This document shows, piece after piece, positions 23,201 to 35,200 of a DNA stretch of 44,685 nucleotides. The translations under genes were made by a program, and so were the position numbers. Source of the stretch: Enoplolaimus lenunculus (Eukaryota); NCBI GenBank assembly GCA_030248215.1, contig JASANG010000957.1, forward strand, positions 372,001 through 416,685. Reading direction: 5' to 3'. Position 1 is the first letter of the stretch. The number at the start of each line of letters is the position of its first letter. A model generated the notes under the pieces. The model searched no databases. It was given only the letters and a program-made list of their open reading frames with translations, and was not told where the DNA came from.

Positions 23201-26200
23201 CAATATCAACAACATTAGTTTATGCAGCACGGAATCAACGAAAACAATAATATAGTCTTCTAGTAACCAGAACTTACGTTATCGCAACTTTTCTGAAATT
23301 TATGCTGGAAACTAGCGATAGGTTATCAAACAAATAAACAAGCATACAAACGTACAATCAAACAAACAAGCAAGCAAACAAACAAACAAACAAACAAACT
23401 GACAAACCCTGTTATAAGCTAATCGAAACTCTATCACAATGTACATAGACTCTACCGCAAAAAACTCTTCAACTTTGCAAACTTAGAGTCACTAGATTAA
23501 AAATATTTATCATCACAGAAACATAATATATTAAGTACAGTGCAAATTGTAAGTGTTAGCGTACGTACAAATCTTTACATGGAGTCAAACTAAATTTAAA
23601 ATTGAATTAGAACAGAAACGTACACAACTTTCAACTGGCGTCCAAACAAAGCTGCTCGAGTTAAATATTTAACTGCACGCTGTGCCGCGATTGTGTCACC
23701 CATCTGTACCAGCGCAATGTCTTGTTGCTTGCTTAGAAATAAAATCTACAACAACGACATATAATACTATGGTTGAAATTAAAAATTCCGCAAGTTATAA
23801 CCTAACCAGCCGTAGTGGGACTACATTTATTGAGCGAAGCTCGAACACACGTAAGCAATTAAGGTAATATGCAAATTAGTTTTTAGCTAACTACTCATTT
23901 ATCGGTTTTGGAGGTTTGTAAGCAATTTCCTCAGATTCTTCGCACGCAAAGACCTTTCAGCCACCCTAATAATTATTGGAATAATTCAAAAAGTCCTAAT
24001 TTTGTCTCGTCAATTAAGCAAATATGCAAATTATATGTTAGCTAACTATTTGATAATCTCCTTTAAAAGTTTGTAGACAATTTATTCAGATTCCTCGCAC
24101 CCGAAAACCCTTTAGTGCTGAAATTATATTGCTTTTAACATTAATAATTATTGAAATAATTTAAGAAGTCCTAATTTTACATGGTCAATTAAGCTAATAT
24201 GCAAATTAGCTATTAGCTAACTATTCAATTATCGGTTTTGGAGGTTTGTAAACAATTTATTCAAATTCCTCGCACCTAAAACCCGTTAGTGCTGAAATTC
24301 TATTACTTTCAACCTTAATAATTAGTGAAATATTGTAAAAAGTCCTAATTAGGCTTATAAACTATGCTAATCTGTAAATTATCTATTAGCTAACTGCTCA
24401 ATTATCCGTTTTGGAGATTTGTAAACAGTCTACACAGATTCCTCGCACCCAAAAACCCTTTAATGCTAAAATTAGATGGCTTCTAACTGTAATAATTAGT
24501 GAAATATTGTGGAAGGTCCTAATTTCTACTTAATTAATTATGTAAATTAGCCTGTCGCTAACAAACGGCTTAAAATTTTCAAACCCCAATGCGAGGTTAA
24601 CACCCCAGGATAATTGGCTTTCAAACAAAAAAGTTTATTGAAATCGGTTCAGCCGTTCCTGAGATTCTTTTCGGACGGACAGACGGACATCCACCTTTCG
24701 ACCCCCAAGTACAAAATATAAAACGCTTCGCGAAACTCCGAGCTTCGCACTGAGTTTCGCTTCGCTTAATAACAACTTGACGTTTACAACTACATATTTA
24801 ACCAACAATCGGGTCCAACAGTCAAAAGGCACCCCTTGCTGATAAACTCTGCCAAATCTGCACCGCCGACCTAAAATCTATGCGTTATACCACCTAGACT
24901 AGACACATTAAATAAAGTTAAGCTACAACTCAAGCGCATACCAGCTGTCTTTATACAACCCTGGCATAACGACCTAAAATTAACTAAAGGGACGAATTCA
25001 AAACGGGAAATTGTACATTTTAGTCATCGTAGGGACGTGCCGACTAATCGACATCTGTAATAATAGGCACTTTTTGTGAGCATCAGCATCGGCATCAACA
25101 CTGCAAAAAATGGCCGATTCTTTGCCATTACTGTTTGCACATGACACTCAGTTGGAATGTTATCCATTTCATTTCTGGGCGCATATCAGTGTATCTGGTC
25201 AGGGGAAACTGATATCTCTCTTGCGTTTGTGTTTGAAATAATAATTGAAATGACCCGTTCTTTTAAAATTATAATCGTCAAAGACGGTTAGGGTATGTTT
25301 TCATATAATGATGCAATGTAGTATACATCTGTTTATTAAGCATGGTGTACTAAATTTGAATCGGCACCGGCATCGGTTCGGCACATCTCTAATATAATGC
25401 TTGTAACTTACCCTGCTCACATTACCGTACAAACAAAACAAATTGAACAACGTATCGCAATTCGTTCGCTCTGGATGAACGTTCATGACCATAACAACGC
25501 CATCGTCCATGTCGGTTCCAGTACCGTTCGGAATAGGGATCCGGCCATCGGCAATCGGCGGCGGACCTGAACCAGGTGGTCCGATTGATCCGCGCGGCGG
25601 AGGCATCCCGGGTGGACCACCGCTAAAATAGCAAAAAATAATATTTACACTAGATATAATAACAATTGGTGTCAATCCTGTATTAGGGTGTGATAAATAT
25701 TAATTTGCCAGAAATCGGATCAGGATAGTGAATTTTTACCCGAACCGAATATTAACCGGAGAATAGTATTACGTATGTTTACTAAACCTAGAATTAATTA
25801 TTGAATGGACTTTTTTCACGTTTGCTGCAGCGCACCAAAACTTGAACTTGACGACTTGTACAGGAAATGCAATCGCAGCAAAATTTTAAAGAAGCGTATT
25901 TTGAAAAAAGCAATCATTTAAATGCGGGACCACCACCGTAAACAACCGGTAGATTTATGCCGGATAAAGTATCCGCGTACGGATGTCGGTTTTTGTCGGA
26001 TATTAAACCGGATCCGGATATCCGGTAGCACCCTGTCCATTATTAATATTTGCTGCAAAATAACCAAACCATCAAATGAGGTTGTCTCTGTATAGTGCTA
26101 AAGCGGTGGCTTTCATTACAGCATAGCAGGGTGTAACCGGAATTACAATTTACCGGAACCGGAATTTGAAAATTTTACCGGAACCGGAACCGGAAAGTGA

Positions 26201-29200
26201 AAAATGCATTTCACCAAAAATTTCATTTTAATCTTATTTTTTGCTCTATTATTTGTGAAATAACCTTAGTCGAACATAGATATTTATTTTATTTGTTGTA
26301 TTTTAGATTTTCATCATCGACTGAAGTGAAATCCACCATCAATGGCTTATATTCGGAGTACAAGTGGCTTTCAAAAGAGATTCTTAAAAATTAGCAAAGT
26401 TAATAAAACGGCCAAATTATAATACCGGAATTTTTAAATCCGGTAAAAATTTACCGGAACCGGAAGGTGAAAAAATGCCGGAACCGGAACCGGAATTCCG
26501 GTTGCACCCTGCAGCATAGGCGTGTAAGTTAAGTCTCACAAGCGGGGTTTCGACAGACACAGTGTCAACCGCGGTTCACGCTCCCATACCTGGTTCAAAC
26601 AAACATACAAGCAGGGTGCAACCGGAATTACAATTTACCGGAACCGGAATTTGAAAATTTTACCGGAACCGGAAAGTGAAAAATGCATTTCACCAAAAAT
26701 TTCATTTTAATCTTATTTTTTGCTCTATTATTTGTGAAATAACCTTAGTCGAACATAGATATTTATTTTATTTGTTGTATTTTAGATTTTCATCATCGAC
26801 TGAAGTGAAATCCACCATCAATGGCTTATATTCGGAGTACAAGTGGCTTTCAAAAGAGATTCTTAAAAATTAGCAAAGTTAATAAAACAGCCAAATTATA
26901 ATACCGGAATTTTTAAATCCGGTAAAAATTTACCGGAACCGAAACCGGAAGGTGAAAAAATGCCGGAACCGGAACCGGAATTCCGGTTGCACCCTGCATA
27001 CAAGGCAAAGATTTCACTTGAGTTAGATCTATATACGTCGTAACATAAAACATTTAACTACATTATGGAATTACAAGTTACCGTTCATTTCATTACCTCC
27101 TCGCAGCGTACGGGTCTGGCCCTCCTCCTCGCGGCGGCGGCGACATATCGTGTTGCGGCACCATTTGACGAGCCATTCGTTGTGGGTCTATCGACTGCGA
27201 CCCCGGCATTCCACCAGGAGCAACGCCGCCATCTCTGGGGACATGACCCGATGGGTAACCTATAAATAAAACTTCTAAATTAATTTGGCTCAATCGTTCT
27301 ATTGAAATCATCCGTTTAACCGGCTATTGAAATCAAAGACACAACGAATGTTAAATTGCGCCGCTGGTGCAGGATGTCACAACTTTTGGCACAAAAGTTA
27401 CAAAACATGTCTGCAACACCGGAATGTACGTATGGGTTACGATGATCAGCCTCAGAAGAATATGCAGTGGTGCGCAAAAATATCCAACAAAGCCATATGA
27501 CGCCCGTTTCACCGGCACCTGGGGTTGGCGTTTCCCACATGACACAAGACAACACGGATCAACGACCAAATAACCCATTCCTAAACTCATACACGCGCCC
27601 GTCCTCACACTTTTTGATCACCGACAGATTCGATCTGCAGTGGACGTGCGAAATAGGTTGTGTGTTCGTTCGATTAGATGCACGGTAACATGTACGAAAT
27701 GAACAAGAAAATTTGTTTCCAGCAAAGCTAACGTACCACAATTGTAGGGCAGGCACAGAAATATTGTCTGAATTACGACAGGTGGGCATCCGGTTGAGGC
27801 GGAGTATTAACCATCAGTCTGCGGTTCCCAGTACTTTTGACATCCAGTCAAAATTAAAAAAATAACTCTTGTTATAGTAATAATTAATAAAAAAACAAAC
27901 ATACTGTTATTATACGCATCAGCTTCCGATTCGTCAGCCAACAGACCCGGTCTCGACGGTCTTGGTGCCGGAGGTGCGCCTAAAACAATTTAATAATTAT
28001 TATCCCATGCTAAAATAACAAGTTTTTAATCAAATTCTGACACAAAATTATGATGTATATATACAATATTTACGCATCTTCAACCACCATCTTTGCCAGC
28101 AACTGAGAATATCTGAAACGTTATAATCATATAATGCGTTGATGTTTTCAGCCTAAAGCATCAAAACGGAAAATTTGCATCGTTTGTGTTTTCCAGCCAG
28201 ACATTCACAAATTGATTTTAGTACCTGAAAAAAAACGCACAAATTGAAGGGTTGCGCGGTGGTCCAGGGTGAGTTTAGCAGACCTGCTGAGGCCTCAGTT
28301 GAAAACATTAATTAAACGCAACTCGCGGCGGCGTGTGGCGCAAGCGAACGCTACAGTAAAGTATAGTGCAACCCTAAACAAAACAATACATATCCAACAC
28401 TGTTTCAATTTGAACACATCGTCCTGTTCAGTTAAATTACAAAGTCATCCGAGCCAGAATTCGCGATGAAGTTACACACAATATGGACCAACTTAGGAAT
28501 TTAATGAAAAGTACGATATATTATATAACACCATGCGCAAAGTTCAAAGGTACCGCCTTTACACCGGCATGATCTCTGGTTCAAAAGTTCGACCCTTTAA
28601 ATTTTTGCTATATTAAACAACGATCACAATTAGTTACAACTGAACTCGTGGGTCGAAAGGTGGATGTCCATCCGTCTGTCTGTCCGACAAGGATCCCTAT
28701 TATCTTGGCGTGTGAACCTGACATTATGGTTTCAAAATTCTACGCCGTTCACTAGCTACACGCTTATTTACATAATTAACCAAGCCTAAATTAAGACTTT
28801 TTTTACAGCATTTAACTAATAATTATTAACTAATTATTACAGTTACAAGCAATCTAATTTCAGTACAAAACTGTTTAGGGTGCGATTGAATCTGAATAAA
28901 CTGTTTCTTCAAAAACCTCCAAAACAGACTAAATGAATAGCTATCTGCTAACTAATCATCATACCACATTATTAACTAAACATAAATTAGTATTGTTTAC
29001 ATTATTTCACTAATTATTATCGGTTACATAAGTACAAAATTACAAAGCGATTTGATTTCAGTACTAAGGTGTTTTTGGGTGCGACTGCGAAGAATCTGAA
29101 GGAATTATTTATAAATCTCCAAAATATATAAATAAACAGCCAGTTGATGACAAATTAGCATATTTAACTGCGCCAACTATGGCAGTTGGATTGGCAATTA

Positions 29201-32200
29201 TCTACTTTATAAGCGTTTGTACGTTGTTGGCTTTACGATTTTCGGGCATGCGAAATTTAAATATAGCACTTAAAAATAATTATTAACCACACGCCTAATT
29301 ACTACCATTACCTACGCCAATTATAGCATTTCAAAACGCATTGTATTTTTAAATGTACTGGGTTTGTTGGTATTTAACACAGTTCCGAACGATCGGGTTT
29401 CTGAAACACTACTAAGTAAAACTTCATACTTACGTACGTGTGTCCTACGAAATTACTCTAACCAACTATTCGTTTGTAAAAGCGTACTTAAGTTAAGTAA
29501 ATACTTATGTATAAGGCTAAATTTCTTGTATGGCAAACAATTTATTAACCTTCATTAAGCTAAAATTGTAGTCATTGTATCTCGTTAACGTAAAGTAAAA
29601 CAATGCCATCCTTGCTATGCCAATATGCCTCAATATTTTGCTAGTAAGATTTGTGGAAACTCAGCCGTTATGTCTTTGAATATAACTTTCAAACCGTTGG
29701 ATGTGCAACGCTAAAATGGGTATCGTCAAACGCTTGCTGACATCTACAGTATAGACCATTTTTTTACTTAAATTCCTACGTGGTCCACATTCCGTGCCTT
29801 CGCTGAATTCACTAGCAGTGCTAAATTTTCCACCACAGTATATAAATAGTATACCTACTGCAGGGTGCAACCGGAATTACAATTTACCGGAACCGGAATT
29901 TGAAAATTTTAACAGAACCAGAACCGGAACCGGAAAGTTAAAAATGCATTTCACAAAAATTTCATTTTAATCTTATTTTTTGCTCTATTATTTGTGAAAT
30001 AACCTTAGTCGAACATAGGTATTTATTTTATTTGTTGTATTTTAGATTTTCATAATCGACTGAAATGACATCCACCATCAATGGCTTATATTCGGAGTAC
30101 AAGTGGCTTTCAGAAGAGATTTTTAAAAATTAGCAAAGTTAAGAAAACGGCCAAATTTTAACACCGGAATTTTAACTCCGGTAAAAATTTACCAAAACCG
30201 GAAGGTGAAAAAATGCAGCAACCGGAATTCCGGTTGCACCCTGACCTACTGTAATTCTGCAAAAATTACAAAGTTAGCAATAAAAGACACACAAAACCAA
30301 TCAAATCCCTAAACCATCTTACTTACCTGTGCAGCATTGTTCGCATTGAGCGATCACACATAATACGTACAGACTGCAGAATTACCGCATACTAACATTT
30401 TTTACCAATGATAGGTGTAGTACATATGTACAGGTTGCAAAAATTTGCTAATTTGTATAATAAATAATTTTAATACTTAGCTAGCTATAAAACAAAAAAA
30501 TAGTAAATTGAAACTATTTGAGTGAAAGTTGAAAAACAAGAGAACAAAACTATTAATTCATTTCAAAAAAAGGAAACGTTGATAAACAAGACTGTGAAAT
30601 TTTTCAATCAAAACATTACAAAACAAATACAAGAAATCCTCTTGAGTCTATAACCAAACCTACCGCAATCTGAACTTTACTTTCAATCAAAACATACTAA
30701 ACAACAGCTGAAATTGTAACTTCAACGCAAACTTTACTCGAATTATTATTGCCGATATCGTCGTATGAAGACAATCAAAAACACCTTGCAGTCTTAGAAC
30801 GCCAGCATTCTCAAATTATTCTAAGCTATGTTCGTATATTCTCAAATGTGTGCAGCACCTACTACCGCCAGCACTAGCTGCTGGCTGGCAAGTCTTGTAC
30901 TTTCTGAACCGCTGAACGGCGAAGATGAGAAATTCAGCACATTTCTCGTCATTTGACGTACTTCTGCGCAAATTTTGAACTTCGCAATCACAGAGAGTTC
31001 GTCAGTTTGAAAAAAGCATATGGCAAATTGGTGCTAAATGTAATACACATTCAAGAATACGGAACTAGCTTGGCTAAATATTATACGCTTTAATGCTCAA
31101 AATCAAACAAAAATTGCACAAAATATTTTCAACGACACAATCGGAAAAACTCAGTAGGACCCGATATGCGCTAGTTACAAGAAAATAAACGTCGTCTAAG
31201 GTTGTGTCCAAGAATTTGAATCGACCATTACACCAACGTTCCACTTTAGAATGTAAAAATATCGTTTGTACCAACAAAAAAAAATCCCTGAAACAATGGT
31301 CAATATCGAAGCTGACAAAACGTAAAACACCAAGAACAACTACTCTCGTTTCAAAAAACTTTATTTATATGCACAACATAAAATTCTACAAAATTTCAAG
31401 AAAAAGTGTTATTTTTGAAAAATCCATTTCACAATCAGACGCTTAAAGTACACACCAACGTGCAAACCAACATAACAACATCCCGATGTATGAGCCAACG
31501 AAAACCAGTAAAGTACAACTTGAAACCAAAACCTGCAAAACAGCACATCTGACAGGCTAAAAAGTATAACAAACAACACTATGTATGTATATATGTAAAA
31601 ACTTATTAACGAACGAATGTCCTGAAAAGAAAAATTGTTATAACGCAACAATAAAAATGCTATCCAAAATTACAATATCTTGTCAACAAAGAACAATAAT
31701 TTATCCCTTAAAATTGCTTTATAGAGTTAGTTTGTGGCTGTATAATTGTGTTACAAACAACCAGTAAAACGAAACCGAAAACCAATAATCAACCAGCAAA
31801 CTATTTTAAACATCAGTACAGCCTATCAAAATCATCGCATTGGCATGTCGTTTAGAATACTGCACAATATAATAAGTTCTCGATAACAGTTATTTCCATA
31901 AGGCTGAAATAACTCATAAACTCCCAAATGGCAGTGAAAACTAAAATTATTTTGCTCCATAAAACCAAAACCGTGGATAATCGCTATTTAGCAAGAGTGC
32001 GCAACTGGACACAATCTTTGTAGAAAAGAATGTACCCGGAACGCGTTGCGTTTTTGCCTTATCCCCCTTTATTTAGATGGGGTACAACAGGTGCGAACCA
32101 TGGCACTTTATATATGCGGCGTCAAACATGCTTCCCTTCTAATTTAATTTAGGGGTAGTCATGTGATAGCGACCCCTCTCTAAACGAGGAAGGTCAGCCT

Positions 32201-35200
32201 AAAACGCAAAGCCCGGCGGTACATTTTGTACCATGCGAGACCCCAAGAGTTGCACACTCTCGTCATTATCCACTCTTGATAAAACTAATAAACAGAACGT
32301 ATACAATTGTTGGTCGTTTTTGTTTTCGACGCTCCATAACTGCTGTTGTAACAACACCAATCGGTTCAATTGCGCCGAAGAAAAAAACGATAAACCAGTA
32401 ACAGTGTATCAAACTGTGCAAGCTAGAGTGCTAGCAATAATAAAACCCTCGGTCGTAGTTTTTAGATGTCTATAGCAGGGTGCAACCGGAATTCCGGTTC
32501 CGGTATTTTTTCACCTTCCGGTTCCGGTAAATTTTTACCGGATTTAAAAATTCCGGTGTTATAATTTGGCCGTTTTCTTAACTTTGCTAATTTTTAAAAA
32601 TCTCTTTTGAAAGCCACTTGTACTCCGAATATAAGCCATTGATGATGGATTTCACTTCGTCGATGATGAAAATCTAAAATACAACAAATAAAATAAATAC
32701 CTATGTTCGACTAAGGTTATTTCACAAATAATAGAGCAAAAAATGAGATTAAAATGAAATTTTAGTGAAATGCATTTTTCACTTTCCGGTTCCGGTTCCG
32801 GCTCCGGTAAAATTTTCAAATTCCGGTTCCGGTTCCGGTAAATTGTAATTCCGGTTGCACCCTGGTCTATAGCACCTACCGCCACTTGCAAAAAAGGCTT
32901 TAAAACTATGGCCTTTATTCAGTCATAATCAGTTAATGCGAAAGCTTTTATCAACAAGCCGACAATAATTGTATGAAGATTTCACAGTGCAAATAATGTC
33001 ACACGCACATTTTGACAGTAACGTGGCAACGCCTGTCTCAAACACGATAGCCGCTATACAAATCGAAAACTACAATACCTAAACAAATACTTAGCCAGAA
33101 GGATTGAGCCAGAAGGATTAAGCCAGAAGGATTATCGGATCAAGCTTGTTCTTGAGATTTTGGCCGAATGAGATTTATTTTAGAAACTTTTTCAGTTGGT
33201 AACACAAGAACGCTTGTTCGAATTTTTTATGGAGTGTGTCAGCCCATTCCAATATCCTGGTTACGTTCCTACCGCCAAAATAAACCTAAGGCGCACCATC
33301 ACTGCAAAACTGTTGCAAATTACGCATAAGACATGCTCAGTTTTAGCGTTTCAGTATTGCAAGTGACAAATTAATAACATCTGAAATACTACGCTCTTGT
33401 AGGACGACAGACATCAGTGCGTTATTTCACAAAACTTGTCTTGAAATAAAAATGTCAATTACACGCAAATGGCTTATATACGGGTATTGTGTCACAAACA
33501 GCAATTTGAAAACCGTTAAGCGAGCGAAATCAAAACATACTCTCCGCACTGTATTAACCCGCTACAGTGTAACACTTAACAATGATTTTTTAACTATGAA
33601 AGCATTTAATTTGTTAAATTCGAACAAGTGTTTCAAAAACAGAAACGGTCTAAACCATAACGCACTGAAAAAATAGACTAAACAACTTCAGACAAACTAA
33701 ATTGCATCGTCGTTCAAACTGTAAATCTTGAACAAAATCATAAAAACACGTTAAAGCGTATATACGCAACAACTGAACTCAATGTACTCACTTAAGCCTC
33801 CAGTACTGTCATAACAATTCGGGTCCCCAGGAAACACCTTAACTCGCGATAACTGAAAATAGCAGCAAAAAACTACAAAAAATCAAAACAATACACAATT
33901 ATTAAAAAAAGCTGACTCCAGTTCATCCTAAATATGGAACCAGAGCCAGTTGGTAATTAAATGAAACTCTGTGGCAGTCATTATTTAGACAAGTATAAAA
34001 CTCTGGTTAGCATTACTTTAAATACATGAAATACAACGCACACTACTTCACTACGGGCCAACTTGTAAAAATATTAAAAATTAAAACAAAATTCATACGG
34101 CAGTATATCTTTTATGGCCAAAATTTATAAAAAACTTCATGCCTAATCGCTTCTGAAAGTACAACAACCATTACATATGTCATCGGGGTTTGGTTTTAAG
34201 TCCATTTCCACACATCTCCCTTAGGTATTATTACTTCCTTTATAGAGGCAATAAATCCAAACCCTATCAATTATAGTTCAATGTGAACTGTATGGATGGG
34301 AGTCTCAATGTCAGCCTCAAGTCTCGAAAATTCCTAAGACTCGCGTAGTCTCAGTCCATTTCTCAGTCTCAGTATCAGCTTTCGAAAAGTCGCAGGTTTA
34401 GGAACAGAACTGCCGGTTGTGGCAATTTTTTTTATTAAATTGATTGTTATACTAAAACTGTGGTTGTATTGCGACTTACGGAATAGACTTACGACTGCAA
34501 GATTATCAAAAGTTTTGTTTTAAAAGCGAACTGTGATACACTCAATTCTGTTTCAGCAAAAATTCTTAAATATTGTACTGAACGGTGTGCTATATTTAGT
34601 CTGTGGGCCAACAGAATTCGGATTCGGCAAATTTTTGCGGTTCCTATTCGGTTGTGAAAAAGCCGAATCTAAAAGCCGAATCCAACAACGTTTGGCAATA
34701 TATTTTTTCAGTTTGTTTTAAAGAATAAAAATTTTAAATAACTTGTTATATAAATAACAAAATTTTTGTTTCAGGTCACAAATCTCAAAACTGAGGTCGG
34801 ACATGAAATATATTAACGTTTAAGAGTAATGCGGTTGGCATTGCGTTGATATTCTGCAACAAATTATAGACATAACTGAAGTTTGCAACATGTAACATTC
34901 GGATATGGATTCGGATTTAGTGCCACCCTGTCTGTTTGGTACATTTTGCGCAAAAATAAATGAATACACCGAATTTACGTTGTTTTCTTTCCTAATCTTA
35001 TATTGTTAAAGTTATCTGAGCAAATAAGAATTTTTCTGAAATGTTTCGGTATTTGTGCAAAAAATTTCTGACTCTCAAAAACGTCTCACATCTCAGTCTC
35101 AAAGAATTTGAGACTGTCTCTGTCTCACTCTCAACTTCTTCACTGAGACTCCCATCCCTGGTGAACAGATTTCTAAATACGCCAATGATACGCACGCATT

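Noticed and set aside
23865..24560. Regularly spaced repeats resembling a CRISPR array
   Set aside because: Whole units are repeated with no unique spacers, the context is eukaryotic, and they are internal repeats of the HINE-like element.
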